Below, piece after piece: positions 35,386-48,546 of a stretch of 64,000 nt of DNA. The notes under the pieces were generated by a model, which ran no database searches, was not told the origin of the DNA, and worked only from the letters and a program-made list of their open reading frames with translations. Numbering within the stretch: the first letter of the stretch is position 1; every line of letters begins with the position of its first letter. The position numbers were made by a program, and so were the translations under genes. Source of the stretch: Mobula hypostoma (taxonomy: Eukaryota); contig NC_086120.1 in NCBI RefSeq assembly GCF_963921235.1, positions 24,862,001 to 24,926,000 on the forward strand, read 5' to 3'.

Positions 35386-36714
35386 ACCTTTAATCTTAAT
35401 TCTCTCATTTCTCTTTAAGGGAACTCAATGTATGCAGGTTGTCTGGTGTGAATCACTGTATTCATTTACACGATCACCATTTACTGTCCTTCCCCTATTA
35501 CCCCTCAAACAGAAGTTAAGATTCATGAGACTGGAGTTACTATTACCTCAGTCTGGGAAAGGACAAATTCTGTTCCTTCTGCTTCACCCTTTACCTTTTC
35601 CACCTATCACCTCCCAGCTTCTTACATCAACCCCCTCCTCCACCCACCCACCTATCACCAGCCACCTTGTACTCATTCCTCTCCCCCACCCCTTATCTCT
35701 CCCATTCCCTTCCAGTCCTGATTAAGGGCCATGACCCGAATCATTGACTGTTTATTCCCCTCCATAGATGCTGCCTGATTTGATGAGCTCCTCCAGCATT
35801 TTCTGTGGGTTGCTGAAGTTTCAGGTAAAGGGTGTTGCGGAGCCATTAGGTTATGAAAGCTGATGCATCAGTTCAAATCTTTTCAAGGCTGTGTGTGAAC
35901 TGCTTGAGAGTTGATGTCAGGCAGTGCATTTAGCAATAAGTTTGTTCTCCTCATGTTCCTGTTGATACAAGAAAAAAAGTCAGGGGTATCAGAATGGCAC
36001 GGGACTAGAGGGACTCGATCCACTGAGAGGCTGGAGAAACTGGGTGGGTTCTTCTCAGAGCAGAAGTTGTTAAGAAGAGATTTAAAATAAAGACAAAAAT
36101 TACTGGGAATATGCAACGCACCAGACTGTAACTTCAGGAAGAGAAACCAGAATTACTGTTTTTAGGTCAAACACCGTTTATAAATCCGTTTTCTTAAATG
36201 TTCACTTCAAAAGAGATTTAATGGAGGGGGTAGGGAGGGAGGGAGAGGGGGAGAGAGAGGGACAGTAAGAGAGAATTCCATTTTGTAGAACTTTCACAGA
36301 CTAGTATTGGGTGACAGAGTTGTTCTTGAAATGATAGCACTGTCATGATATTAGAATATGACAGATCCAACATGGTAAAACAATGTGATTTATTGACATG
36401 ATGAAGCTGGAATTGTTCTCTTTAAAACAGAGAAGATTTTAGGGTGAGGTTTTCAAATAATGAGGGGTTCTGACAGATTAACTCGGGTTTGGAGCGGTGG
36501 GAGGGACGAGGATTCAGAGTGATTGGTAGGAGGAGGGGGAGTGAATATAAATGCAGTGAGTGATGTGGAACATGGTGCTTGCACTGGCAGGGGAAGAGGC
36601 TCAACGAGAACCTTCAAAAGGAATTGAAGAAAGAGTTGAAGGATAAAACGTATCATAGAATGGAGGTTATTGGACAGCTCCTTCAAATAGCTGATAGAAC
36701 ATTCTGTGGGAATT

Positions 36715-37205
36715 TTGAATTGAATTTTTAAATTGACTTTAGTCCTTCACATACAAGGAGTAAAAATCCTTATGTTACATCTCCATCTAAATGTGCAATG
36801 TGCAATGTATAGTCATTTGTAGTAAATAGTATGTACAACAGGACAGTCAATATAGCATAGAAATACAATTGTATCAGCATGAATTAATCAGTCTGTTGGC
36901 CTGATGGAAGAAGCTGTCCGGAAGCCTGTTGGTCCTGGCTTTTATGCTACGGTACCGTTTCCCAGATGGTATCAGCTGGAACAGTTTGTGGTTGGGGTGA
37001 CTTGGGTCCCCAATGATCCTTCGGGCCCTTTTTACACACCTGTCTCTGTAAATGTCCTGAATAGTGGGGAGTTCACATATACAGATGCGCTGGGCTGTCC
37101 GCACCACTCTCTGCAGAGTCCTGCGATTGAGGGAAGTACAATTCTCATACCAACCAGTGATGCAGCCAGTCAGGATGCTCTCAATTGTGCCCCTATAGAA
37201 AGTCC
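36715..37205 (-). mobile_element. Rex1/Babar LINE 3' fragment
   Basis: [18 protein letters not shown]...[18 protein letters not shown], the same subfamily as 58548-59840. Confidence 0.9.
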
Positions 37206-38271
37206 TTGGGATTTGGATCATAGAATTTAGATCACACACAGGATCTTCAGGTCATGCTGGCCTGTTACTCAGATCTGTGTACAGAACCATTAGAACCATT
37301 TCACTGCTCCATCACATCTCTTGGTGTCACAGGGCCATCAGTGACATGGAATCATCTTACTGGCTATTGAATAGTCCCATCACAGACATGAACCCGAGTT
37401 TATCACACTACACACTGAGTGAGTCTTCACAGAGTGACAGAACTTTAGAGCCAAGGAGGAGAATTCACGCAACATGTCCATGCTAGGAAATGGATTTTGT
37501 GTTCATCCTATTTCTTCCCCTAGGCCTATAATCCTGTAGAATACAACCCTCTGTGCTTCTTTGATTATATTTTAGACTTCAAACATTTGTTTACTATCAA
37601 AGCATGTATCTGAAGTTTGTCTTCTCCAGATAGCCACGAAAAAAAGAAAGAACATGAAAGTCATTCAGAGATAAAAGGCAAACCCACCCCCCCCCACCCC
37701 CGCGCACACAAAAAATCGGAACAGGAATATTGACCCCACAAAAAACATTCCCTCGCACAACAAAACAGAACAGGAACAGGCAATAAAAAACACAATATAA
37801 AAACTGTAAGTCTGAAAAAGTCCACAGTCCTTAAACACAATAGTCCAATCCATAAGGCAGAACCACGATACCATCCTATGATACCACTGACATTCATCAA
37901 AAGAGAGGGACAGCCCATGAGGCGGAGAGGACTACCTGCCTGCCACAGCAAGCCACACAGTGATAGGCTGCTCACAAACTCCTTCTCCGGTAGTGATCAA
38001 AAGGAAGGCAGTCGGCCTTCCATTTAATGAAGATTTCTACCTCCATTGGCCTCTCAGATAGTGAATAAAAGAGCTTCACCATTCATTCAATGAAATACTT
38101 TTATTTCACCCCCCCCATTCACTACTAATTAACCAAAATCTATGCTCCTAAAGATTGACCACTCGAAAGAGAGGGGAAAAAAGTCATTCTATGTACAGTG
38201 TCCAGGGCACTCAAAACCTTGCACATTTTGTGTTGTGAACATTACTCGACTCTTTTTGTTCTGTCTCACAG

Positions 38272-38432
38272 CTGGAGGTATTGGTAGAGGAGGACGTGGA
38301 GGAGGAGGAGGATGAGGAGGACGAGCAAGAGGAAGTGGCTGTCCTGCGTTACGAGAGGCAGATCACAGAGTTACTTGTTGTTATTCTCAAGCTGAACAAA
38401 AAGATCGACAGATTGACTCTCACCACCAGCAG
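38272..38432 (+). CDS. USHBP1: USHBP1/MCC2 coding exon
   Basis: ctcacag|LEVLVEEDVEEEEDEEDEQEEVAVLRYERQITELLVVILKLNKKIDRLTLTTS(R)|gtaggc, resembling MCC RYEERITEL..IAELNKKIDRL. Confidence 0.9.
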
Positions 38433-39077
38433 GTAGGCCTAGCTAAGGATTCCTGATTTTCCCATTGTTACTGTGAATGGCAGTAAGGAGAGTTTCCTTT
38501 TAATTAATCAGCTATCAAGAAAGCTTTGAAGCTCCCATCTTCATTCCAGCAACCCCCCCCCAAACAGATGGGCAATTCTCCACCGCACCTATTGATAGAT
38601 GATGTCAGTCATTTAAGAAGGAAAGACTCATTTCTGTAACATGTTTTGCATTCCTTTCAAAGATTTCCAGCCAGTGAGATGCTTCCTGAAGTGCACAGCT
38701 GTTGAAATATAAGAATATGAGGTCACTTAGTCCCTTCAGACTGTTCCAACATTCTCCGAGATCATGGCAGGTCTGATGCTTTCACTCTGTGTAACTGCTT
38801 GCCAGCCGAGCGTGACCTGCTTGGCGTAACTGGCTCTGAGTGGCCATTCAGGAGGGCCAAGTCAGCATGGAGTGACTAGACAAGTTTGACCTGCTCAGCT
38901 GGACGATTACTATCCCCTGCCCATAGATGGTAGCTGTTAACCTCAACATGGTCAAGCTGCATGAGGTTCCTCCACCTGCTGCTTCAGATATGTTGTTCCT
39001 TCCTTTTTCCCTCTGGACTCCATCTGGCTGCTCATTAACCTGGCCTCGGTCACTTGCGGGTTCCTTAAACCACTTAT

Positions 39078-39450
39078 TTGGGGTGATCTCATTGAAGCCT
39101 ATCGAATGGCGGAAGGTCTCGATAGAGTGGATGTGGAGATGTTTCCTATGGTGGGAGAGTTGAAGACCAGAGGACCCAGCCTCAGAGTAGAGGGGCGTCC
39201 TTTTAGAACGGAGATGAGGAGAAATTTTTTTAGCCAGAGAGTGGTGAATCTGTGGAATTCCTTGCCACAGGCAGCTGTGGAGGCAAAAGTCTGTATGTGT
39301 ATTTAAGGCAGAGGCTGATAGATTCTTGATTGGTCAGGGCATGAAGGGATCTGAGGGGAAATCGGGAGATTGGGCTGAGAGGAAAGTTGGAATGGTAGAG
39401 CAGACTTGATGGGCCAAATGGCCTCATTCTGTTCCTACACCTTACGGTTT
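39078..39450 (+). mobile_element. CR1 LINE 3' fragment
   Basis: GDLIEAY..., RPFRTEMRRNFFSQRVVNLWNSLPQ. Its 3' end abuts the 39465 acceptor. Confidence 0.85.
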
Positions 39451-39464
39451 TATTCTCCTTGCAG

Positions 39465-39607
39465 GGTAGACGATGAATATCTGGAAACCTGCTCCGATCT
39501 CAGTGACAACCTATACCCAGAGAGCAGGATGTTTCAATTTCCAGACCAGGGCCTCTCCACAGATTCCAGCTGTCCTGGACAGCCTTGTCCAACCTCATTG
39601 CTAGCAG
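39465..39607 (+). CDS. USHBP1: USHBP1 coding exon
   Basis: ccttgcag|(R)VDDEYLETCSDLSDNLYPESRMFQFPDQGLSTDSSCPGQPCPTSLLA(G)|gttagt. Phases 2->1 fit, and it resembles MCC REEDEY. Confidence 0.88.
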
Positions 39608-39743
39608 GTTAGTAGGAAAAGCATTGTCGAGTACCGGGTATTGAACGCCACCACTGGTACAACATCAGAGAATACAATCAGCTCAAGTCTCTGGACTGGC
39701 ATGGTGCCCCAGTAATGAGGGAGTGCTGCACACTCATGTTCTG

Positions 39744-39949
39744 AATGATTGAGGAACTCAGCAAATGAGGTAGCGGCCATGGAGAGGAATAAGCAGTTGG
39801 CATTTCAAGCGAAGACCCTTCATCAGGACTCCTGATAACGTATCTAGGCCCGAAACATTGATAGTTTATTTCCTTCCATTGATGCTTCCTGATTTGCTGA
39901 GTTTGTGTTGATCAATACTTCCAGCATCTACAGAACTGTTTATGTTTAG
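39744..39949. mobile_element. Fold-back Penelope-terminus element
   Basis: Inverted arms meeting at catcaggactcctgat, with TSD tcatgttctg / tcatgctctg. Confidence 0.7.
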
Positions 39950-40282
39950 TCATGCTCTGGCCCTCCATAAGCTTCTCCAGCTCCCTGCTCTGTTCTGATC
40001 CCTAACTAACAGTATGTGGGAACACCATCACCATAAGGGCTATAGGGTCTCAAAATGGCAGCTCATCATCATTGCCTCCCACTACTTTAGACATGGACAA
40101 GCAATGCTGGCTTTCTGTTTGATGTCTACATCCCAAAAAATTAGTAAGTCAAACTGAAAATCCTGGTCACATACAGTAATTGCTCTTTAAATGGTGACGG
40201 TGCCTTCATCCGCCTGAGCCCTAGGCTCTGAAATTCCCTCCCTAAGCCTCTCTCCATCTGTTCCTTAATTAGATTATGGGAA

Positions 40283-40952
40283 CATTCAGTCCTCTTTTAT
40301 TGTCATTTAGAAATGCATACTTGCATTAAGAAATGATACAATGTTTCTCCGGAGTGATATCACAGAAAACAGGACAGACCAAAGACTAACACTGACAGAA
40401 CCACATAATTATAACATATAGTTACAGCAGTGCAAAGCAATACCATAATGTGATAAAGAACAGACCATAGGCACAGTTAAAAAAAAGTCTCAAAGTCCCA
40501 AGTCGATCGACTCCCAAGTTCCTGATAGCAGGCGGCAAAAGGGAGAAATTCCCTGCCATAAACATCCAGGCACTGTCAACTTGACGATACCTTAGAAGCA
40601 GCTGATCCCAGCCAACCCTGAGTCCATCCATCTGAAAATTCCGAGCTAACAAGCAGCCTCTCCGATACAGCCTCCCAAGCACCATCCTCTGCCGAGTGCC
40701 TTCGACCTGTCCCCGGCTGCTGAAACACGCAAAGCCGAGGATTTTGGGGCCTTCAGCTCCGGAGATTCTGGTTACCACACAGTAGCAGTGGTAGCAAAGC
40801 AGACATTTCAGAAGTTTTCCAGATGTTTCGCTGTGCTCTCACATCTGCCTCCATCAAATCAGGATTGTGCACAGTCCCCTACAGATAACAGATATTCATC
40901 ACCGAAGTGGCCGCGCGCGGTGTCGTCGCGCCGCCATCTTCTCCCTCCTCCC
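40283..40952 (-). mobile_element. Short non-autonomous retroelement (LINE-like 5' and 3' ends)
   Basis: The minus strand begins ggaggagggagaagatggcggcgcg (CpG-rich AAGATGGCG head) and ends gacaataaaagaggactga. No RT ORF. Confidence 0.55.
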
Positions 40953-41218
40953 GGGAGAATTAATTAACCCTAATTAACACACTCCTTGAAACCAAATACT
41001 TCATCCAAGATTTTAGTTACCAGCCCTGACAACCCCTTTAGCGGCCTGGCGTCTAATTTAGTTTGATAACATCCTGAGGATACCTAGAGGTGTATAAATG
41101 CAAGGCTCGTCGACTCGAGATTCCGGCCACATTGTGCAGTGCATTGATCAGAAGCACAATTCTCAATCAATACTACCCGTGCGTTGTTTGCTCACTGCTG
41201 CTCCATTTCCTCCTGCAG

Positions 41219-41367
41219 GTGAACCCTGCGACCTCTCGGGGGCGCTGCACCAGGTGCTGACAGAAATCGAGGACACTGTGCACACGTGGAGAGCTGAAAT
41301 CCCACACCGTGGTGACGTCTCTGAGGAAAAGGAGGCTACCCTCGCACGCTGGGAGCTGGTCGCTCAA
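41219..41367 (+). CDS. USHBP1: USHBP1 coding exon
   Basis: tcctgcag|(G)EPCDLSGALHQVLTEIEDTVHTWRAEIPHRGDVSEEKEATLARWELVAQ|gtaggg. Phases 1->0. Confidence 0.88.
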
Positions 41368-42061
41368 GTAGGGATCCAAAAAACCAACCACTGTCCCAAA
41401 AGCTAGACACTTGTCCACAGAGAAGACACTAATCGAACCCTGAGAACTGATACAGACCCTGGAGGTTGTGTCAGAGACTGGCTGGTGGATCAGGGAATGG
41501 TCATTGGGAAAAGACTACTTGCTTCTGAGGATGGAAGTTTTCTGTGTCCTAATGTTGTTGTTGGAGCCTAGTAAAAAAGGAGAGCAGAGAAATCTATTTA
41601 AGTTGATTGGACAATAGTGGAGAAACGGTTTCCTCCTATAGTGAAGTCTGGAACAAAAGGATGTAACTGTTACCCAGTCACTAACATGACATTCAGTAGC
41701 AGATTGGTCCCACAGTGACTGGTAAGAATGTGGAACATGCTTTCACGTGGGGACGTGGGGACTCTAAATCAGACGTCATTGAGTCCTGATGTGAGGGAGG
41801 TAGTGGTAGACAGATAAGCAGGACACCCCAACAGGGAGGGGTCATGTATCGGCCAATAGATTTTTGGGCTGAACATTCTGCTCATTACATGGTTTTATTG
41901 TCTGGAGTTTAAAAGGTTATGATTTTCATCTATTGAAGTTTTCAAGGTTTGGGGATGGTTGCATCCGGGGGTTGGGGGGAGGGGGCATCTCCAGAGGTTG
42001 GACTCAATTTGTTCAAGTGTGAAGTTGGGAGACACAACACTGGGTGGTACAAATTTGGAGC

Positions 42062-42307
42062 AACTCACCCAAAATGCTGGAAGGACTCAACAGGGCCAGG
42101 TGGCATCTATGGAAAAGAGTAAACAGTCAACGTTCCGGGCCAAGACCCTTCTTCAGAATGCCCTGATGTCCTGTCCTGAAGAAGGGTCTCGGCCCGAAAC
42201 ATCCACTGTTTATTCTTTTCCACTGATGCTTCCTGGCCTGCTGAGTTCCTCCAGCATTTTGTGCATGTTGCTTTGGATTTCCAGCATCTGCAGATTTTCT
42301 CATGTTT
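42062..42307. mobile_element. Fold-back Penelope-terminus element with inverted hammerhead motifs
   Basis: Arms caaaatgctggaaggactca...cccttcttcag / ctgaagaagggtctcggcccgaaac...ccagcattttg. 18-bp TSD gtggta(c/g)aaatttggagc (42044-42061, 42308-42325). Confidence 0.85.
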
Positions 42308-42812
42308 GTGGTAGAAATTTGGAGCTCTTCTTCTCCAAACGGCAAATAATGCCTGGTCAATTGTTTAATTTCTTTCGTTGATTCAAGGGACAAAAAGCAG
42401 TGGGAGTAATTCTGTGAGGCCACAGATCAGCCTTGAACTCACTGCGAGTTAGGAGGCTTCCTGTTTCTGTGTTGTACCCCTCTACCCAGTTGCCAGTGCC
42501 AACCTCTTGTTGATTCCACCAGACATCCTACCCCCCACATTCTGACAACCTGCTGCTCGGGTTCCAGATCCCTATGGTTGTACTGGCCTTCCTTCCTTGG
42601 CAAATGCCCACCCCTGTTCACTAATTATACCCCCCCTCCCACCCCAGCCATCAGCAGCACACCCACTGGACTTCATGACAACCAAAAGTCACACGCCAGG
42701 GAAGAAGATGACTCAGTGAATGAGTGAGCACTTGTGTTACCTAGTAGCCCCCACCCCCAACTCAGTATGTCCATGTTACCGTGTCTGCCATAACCTCTCC
42801 TCCACCCCACAG

Positions 42813-43019
42813 ACAATCGAGGAGGTGGAACGGGAGCTGGACATTGACCTGAGCCCAGAGCTACGGGAGGAGAGGACGAAGTGGGAGTTGGACATGGAGT
42901 GCCTGAGGGAGAAGAACCAGCAGCTCAGAGACCAGCTCCACGGGAAGGAGCAGGAGCTGCAGTCTACCATGATGGCTGTTGGCAGGATTCAACGGGAGAG
43001 GGACAAGCTTCGTCTCAAG
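42813..43019 (+). CDS. USHBP1: USHBP1 coding exon (coiled coil)
   Basis: cccacag|TIEEVERELD...LHGKEQELQSTMMAVGRIQRERDKLRLK|gtgagt, resembling MCC SKEEELNRTK...EERDRLRRR. Confidence 0.93.
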
Positions 43020-44048
43020 GTGAGTGCACACTGCCCCACCAGCCAACGTGGCTCCCAATGGATGGGATGGGTGCCTGCTCTGTTGTACTTCGAAAGGGTC
43101 CAGGAACTTACAGAGTACTCCAGAACATCTTAGGTATACTTGATCCATTCAAGAAACAAAAGCTTAACTTTTCACATGAGCTTGTGCCAGAAAGACAGAG
43201 TCAACACTGAACACTCCCAGACCAGGTACAACTTGAGTTAGATTTAGAGTGGAACTCCCTCTGCATTGACCCATCAAATATTCCCTGTCCCTGGACGAGG
43301 ACAGCATGAGCTGTATACAGAGTGAAGCTTCCTATACGCAATCCCATCAATCACTCTGCAGTCATGGAGTCAATCTCTATCTAAACAGACCCATCAAACA
43401 TTGCAAACAGGGGCAGCAGAGGTTAGATACAGAGCGAAGCTTCTTATGAATATCCCATCAGTCATTCACAGAAAAGGGACGGCTGAGTCTATATAGAGAG
43501 TAAAACTTACTCTGCACAGTGGCTTATGAGCATCAAGTGCCTTTCTCCCAGCGTGGAAATTACTAATATGAGGGGACATAACTTTGGAGGAAAGTAGAGG
43601 TGGGATGTCACAGCTATATGCGTTATAAGCATGATACATGATGTCAGGGGCAGTGGTAGAGGCAGATACGTTAGGGACATGGATGAAAGAAAAATGGAGG
43701 GCTGTGTGGGAGGGAAAGTTTGTATTGATCTTGGAGTAGGTTAAAAAGTTGGCACAACATCGTGGGCTTAAGGGCCTCTACTGTGCTGTTCTGTTCTCTG
43801 TTAAAACCAGTCCTTCATGGCTTTGGATTGTTTTTGCATTTCTAGCAGTGTATTATGTTTATGTGTGCATATGTGTATATGATTGTGGATGGTAGTTGTT
43901 CACATAAGAGTTTGCAATGTCTATGTATGTGTATGAGGTAGTTTTTTGTGCATGTTTGCGTCTAGCTGCATGTGTTTATTGTGCTCTTGACTGGGCAGCA
44001 GAGATATTCCATTTGGTTACATCCTGATTGTTTTTGTCCCTGCTTTAG

Positions 44049-44174
44049 GCTGATGAGTTGCTGTCGTCTCTCCAGAACGTGCAGCAGACTGAGAGAGACT
44101 CTTCACCTCCCAGTGTTACAGGCAGCACTGGATCCGACACCATTGGCAATGAGATCGAGGCGCCGGTGAACAAA
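44049..44174 (+). CDS. USHBP1: USHBP1 coding exon
   Basis: gctttag|ADELLSSLQNVQQTERDSSPPSVTGSTGSDTIGNEIEAPVNK|gtaatt. 126 nt, phase 0-0. Confidence 0.85.
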
Positions 44175-44376
44175 GTAATTCTCAGGGCACAGGGTTTCAA
44201 TACTTAACCAGGTGTGCGTCTGTGAATTCCATTCTGTAGGTGATGATTGGGGTGCTGTTACCATGGATACTCCTCAGACCTGATCCAAAGCAGTGGGTAG
44301 TGTTGGTCTCTGTAGGAGGGGTTCTTCCTCCATTTGAGAATGAGCATCTTCATCCCTGCCCTCATCTCCACTGCAG

Positions 44377-44525
44377 GATCCTGGCTTTGCCCTTGAACGA
44401 TTGATGCAGTCATTCCAGAATTGTTCAGGCGTGCAGGAGTTCTCCCGATTCCTTCTGACACACAAATCCAATGTGGTCGGAGTCAGGATTCAAGGCTCAG
44501 AAATGGAAGTGGATCAGCTGAAGAA
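44377..44525 (+). CDS. USHBP1: USHBP1 coding exon
   Basis: cactgcag|DPGFALERLMQSFQNCSGVQEFSRFLLTHKSNVVGVRIQGSEMEVDQLK(N)|gtaagc, resembling MCC HSLQDCSNIQEIFQTL. Confidence 0.9.
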
Positions 44526-45207
44526 GTAAGCAATTGAACTGACGTTGTAGAATTCCCAATGAACCATGTACTTTGGAATCTCACCCACTTCTGTATTTTT
44601 CTAGATGAATAATTTGGAGTAAGATATTTTAATCATTTCATTCTTGGATGTGGATATTTTTGGCATGGCTGGTAGTTATTATCTTAAGATGTTGGAGGGA
44701 GCTATCCTGGCCATTTTCCATGTGCCTTTACTGCAAAATTCATCAAGGAACAAGGATCAATTTTGTTTGCCATATGCATACATTTTCACGGATTGGAAAT
44801 TTTCTGTGGTGTGATGGTCAGGGTGCGATATGCAACACAAAACAACATTCAACTATTATAAAGAGTAAAGAATTATATAAAAATAAAGTTAGAATACTGA
44901 GGTGGAATAAAATGTGCATAAATACATGCAAACAGTGGTTCAAAGTGTTCACAGTGCAGTGCAGTAACAGTAATAGATAGAGTGGGGTGGGGATGGAGGC
45001 TAACTAAAATGGTCGATCAAATTAACTGCACGGGGAAGAAGCTTTTAAGGTGGCATGACATTTTTCTTTTAATAGTCCTATTAGTGCTTTCCAGAAGGGA
45101 ACTTTGGGAAAAGGCAGTTTGTGGGGCGGGATGTCTCCAGTCAAGGTGACTTGGAGGGGTGAAAGATGTCCGTTTTGATTGCTGCTTTGCTCCTTTTCGT
45201 TCTGTAG

Positions 45208-45348
45208 TTCCATCGGTGAGTGGAAGGAACGCAATAACCTCCTGTCCCGGGTTCTTCAGGAGTGCAAGGGTGACTGCGAGAGGCTGAGTATGTTACTGGG
45301 GAAGCACGAATCAAATAGCACTGCACTGAACCTTGCTCTACAGTACAG
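45208..45348 (+). CDS. USHBP1: USHBP1 coding exon (MCC-family conserved domain)
   Basis: tctgtag|[46 protein letters not shown](S)|gtgaga, with the hallmark TALxLALQYS. Confidence 0.96.
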
Positions 45349-45409
45349 GTGAGACCTACACCCCCTCAAGCTGTGAACCTGTAAGGGTTCGAAACTTTTA
45401 TGCACAAAT

Positions 45410-47195
45410 TGTACAAGGGGAAGGAGAATCCTAAGGGATTCTTCAGATATGTTAAGAGCAAAAGTATTGCAAGAGACAAAATTGGTCCTCTGGAACACCA
45501 GAATAGCAAGCTATGCATGGAGTCAAAAGAGATGTGGGAAATCTTAAATGGATTTTTTGCGTCAGTCCTTACACAGGAGATGGACATGGATGAGGCAAAG
45601 CAGCAGCAAGGTCATGGACCTTATACAAAATCAGAGGAGGAGGTGTTTGTTGTCTTGAGGTAAATTAGGGTGGACAATCCCCAGGGCCTGACAAGGTGTT
45701 CCCTCAGACCCTGTGGGAGGTTAGTGCAGAAACTGCAGGGGTTCAAGCAGAAATATTGAAAATATCCGTAGTGATAGGTGAGGTACTGGAGGGTTGGGGG
45801 ATATCTAATGTTGTTCCGCTGTTTAAGAAAGGCTGTAAGAATAAACTAGGGAATAATAGGCCAGTGAGTCAGAGGGGAAGTTATTGGAAGGTATTCAAGG
45901 GGACTGGATATATAAGTATTTGAGTAGACAGGGACTGATTGGAGATAGCATGGCTTTGTGCATGGTATATTATGTATAACCAATCTTATGGGGTTTTTTG
46001 AGTAAGTTACTAGGAAATTTGATGAAGGTAAGGCCATGGGTGTTGTCTACATGGACTTCAGCAAGGCATTCGACAAGGTCCTACATGGGAGGTTGGTCAA
46101 GAAGGTTCAGTCACTTGCATTGAAGATGAGGTAATACATTAAATTAGGCATTGGCTTTGTGGGAGAAGCCAGAGAGTGGTAGTAGATGGTTGCCTCTCTG
46201 ACTGGAGGCCTGTGACTAGTGGTGTGCCACAGGGATCAGTGCTGGGTCCGTTGCTGTTTGTCATCTATACCAATGAACTGGATGATAATGTGGTTAACTG
46301 GATCAGCAAATTTGCAAATGACACTAAGATTGGGGTGTAGTGGACAGCGAGGAAGACTATCAAAGCTTGCAGCGAGATTTGGACCAGCTGGAAAAATGGG
46401 AGATGGAATTTAATGCAGACAAGTGTGAGGAGGACCAGCCAGGGTAGATCTTACACAGTGGGTGGTCGGGCACTGAGGAGTGCAGTAGAACAGAAGGATA
46501 GGGGAATACAAGTCCATAATTCATTCAAAGCGACATTAGAGGTAGGTAGGTTCATAAAGAAAGCCTTTGACACATTGGCCTTCATAGATGGAAGTATTGA
46601 GGACAGGAGTTGGGCTATTATGTTGAAGTTGTATAAGACATTGGACAGACTTAATTTGGAGTATTGCGTGCAGTTTACCTCCCTACAGGAAAGATGTAAA
46701 TAAGGTTGAAAGAGTACAGAGAAAATTTACAAGAATGTTGCTGGGACTGGAGGAATTGAGTTATAAGGGAAGATTGAATAGGTTAGAACTTTATTCCGTA
46801 GAACATAGAAGATTAAGTGGAGATTTGGTAGGGGCATACAAAGTTATGAGGGGTATAGGTACGGTAAATGCAAGCAGGCTTTTTCCATTGAGGTTGCGTG
46901 AACTACAACTGAAGTTCATGGGTTAAGAGTTGAATGTGAAATCTTTAAGGGTGGAGGGAAATTCCTTCACTCAGAGGGACACCAGAGTATGGAATGAGCT
47001 GCCAGTGCCAGTGGTGGATGCAATTTTGATTTCAACGTTTAAGAGAAGTTTGGATAAGTACATGGATGGGAAGGGTTGGGAGGGGTTTGGAGGTTATGAT
47101 TTGCGTGCAGGTCGAAGGGACTAGGCAGTTTAAATGGTTCAGCCTAGATGGACTAGATGGGCTGAGTGGCCTGTTTCTGCACTGTAGTTTTCTAT
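45410..47195 (+). mobile_element. CR1 LINE, 5'-truncated and decayed ORF2
   Basis: KENPKGFFRYVKSK, NVVPLFKKG, YMDFSKAFDKV, SGVPQGSVLGP, KFA.DT and FTQR..RVWNELP, with many frameshifts. Confidence 0.93.
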
Positions 47196-48475
47196 GAGTT
47201 TGTCGTAGGGCACTCTCTCCCTCCACTCCCTCCTCCAATTTGAGGATAATGGTTTAAGGAGGAAAATATAATACTGAACAGGATACTGACTGGTCCCCTA
47301 CAGCCAAGTGAATCAGTATTACTCCTGGGCCAAGGTGCAAAACACAGCTCTCTGTGGTACATCTATCACAATTTGCTTGAGTCTTTGGTGACCCACCAAA
47401 TCTCCTTAAATTCCTAATGAATTATAGCTACTGGCATGCCTTCACCATGATTGCATCAATATGGTGGGCCCAGGATAATGCCACATTGTCCTGGCTCTCT
47501 GGGAAAGGATTTTCTCCTGAATTTCTGACTGGGGATTTAGGAAAAAACACATTTCTGAAATGACAATACTCACCAGGTTAGGCTGTATCTGTGGGAGGAG
47601 GAACAGAGTTCACATTTTAGGATCAAGAACCTTTGTCAGGTGGACGACGCTCTTCAGATCTTTGACTTGAAACATTAGCGCTTTTTCTTCTCCCACAGAT
47701 TCAGCTTGACCTGCTGAGTATTTCAAACATTTTCTATTTCTGACACCTGTTGTTTTAAAAATTTCACCTGTGGTTACGGCTTTTGGTCTCTGGTTACTCC
47801 CATGATAGGAAGAGCTCTTCATCGATCCTATTGATCCCCCTCATGATCTAACAGATCCTTCTTGGGTCATTGCTTATCTTGCAAGAGAAACTACCCCTTT
47901 TGTTCAAACTTGCTTGATAAGTACAACTTCTTGTTTCTGTTATCACCCTTTGCACTTCTCCAGTGTTTTCCCATCCTGCAACGCAGAGGTGAGAACAATA
48001 GGTCTGGCCCAGGTGTTCAAAGGACAGAACTGTGCAAGATATTTCAAGTAAGGTCCAGCCAAGAAATATGGAGGTCAGTTAATGAAAATTTTTGAAAAAA
48101 CTGCAGGTGCTTGAAATCTGAAGTAGAAACAAAAAGTGCTGGAAATACTCAACAGGCCAGGCAGTGTCTGTGGAAAGAAAAACAATGTTAATATTTCAGG
48201 TTGGAGACTCTGAAGTGGGAAAGAGAAGTGTTAAAAATAGCTATTTTAGGTTGTAGTTGTTTTTATTACAGCATCTGATTTTTAAAAATTATTTATTATG
48301 TGAAGAACAGAACTACGCTGTAAATATGTTCTAACTATGGTCTATGCTCTAAATATGACCTGACAAGATATTAGCAAACCAGAGCTGCCTACTGCTTCCA
48401 GTTTTGATATGTTCAACTACTTCATTTCAGTTTGCTTTCTCTAGAAATGACTCGTTGTAAATCGGTTTCTTATAG

Positions 48476-48546
48476 TGAGGACTGCATCGAGGCCTATGGA
48501 AAACTTCTGGTCAAGGCTGAAACCGTAGGAAGACAACCGGATGCAG
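48476..48546 (+). CDS. USHBP1: USHBP1 coding exon
   Basis: tcttatag|(S)EDCIEAYGKLLVKAETVGRQPDA(G)|gtgata, resembling MCC SEQCIEAYELLL. Confidence 0.92.

Noticed and set aside
48445-48475. Upstream alternative acceptor (ttctctag) for the USHBP1 48476 exon
   Set aside because: It adds 31 nt and breaks the frame. The 48476 acceptor matches the MCC-family alignment.
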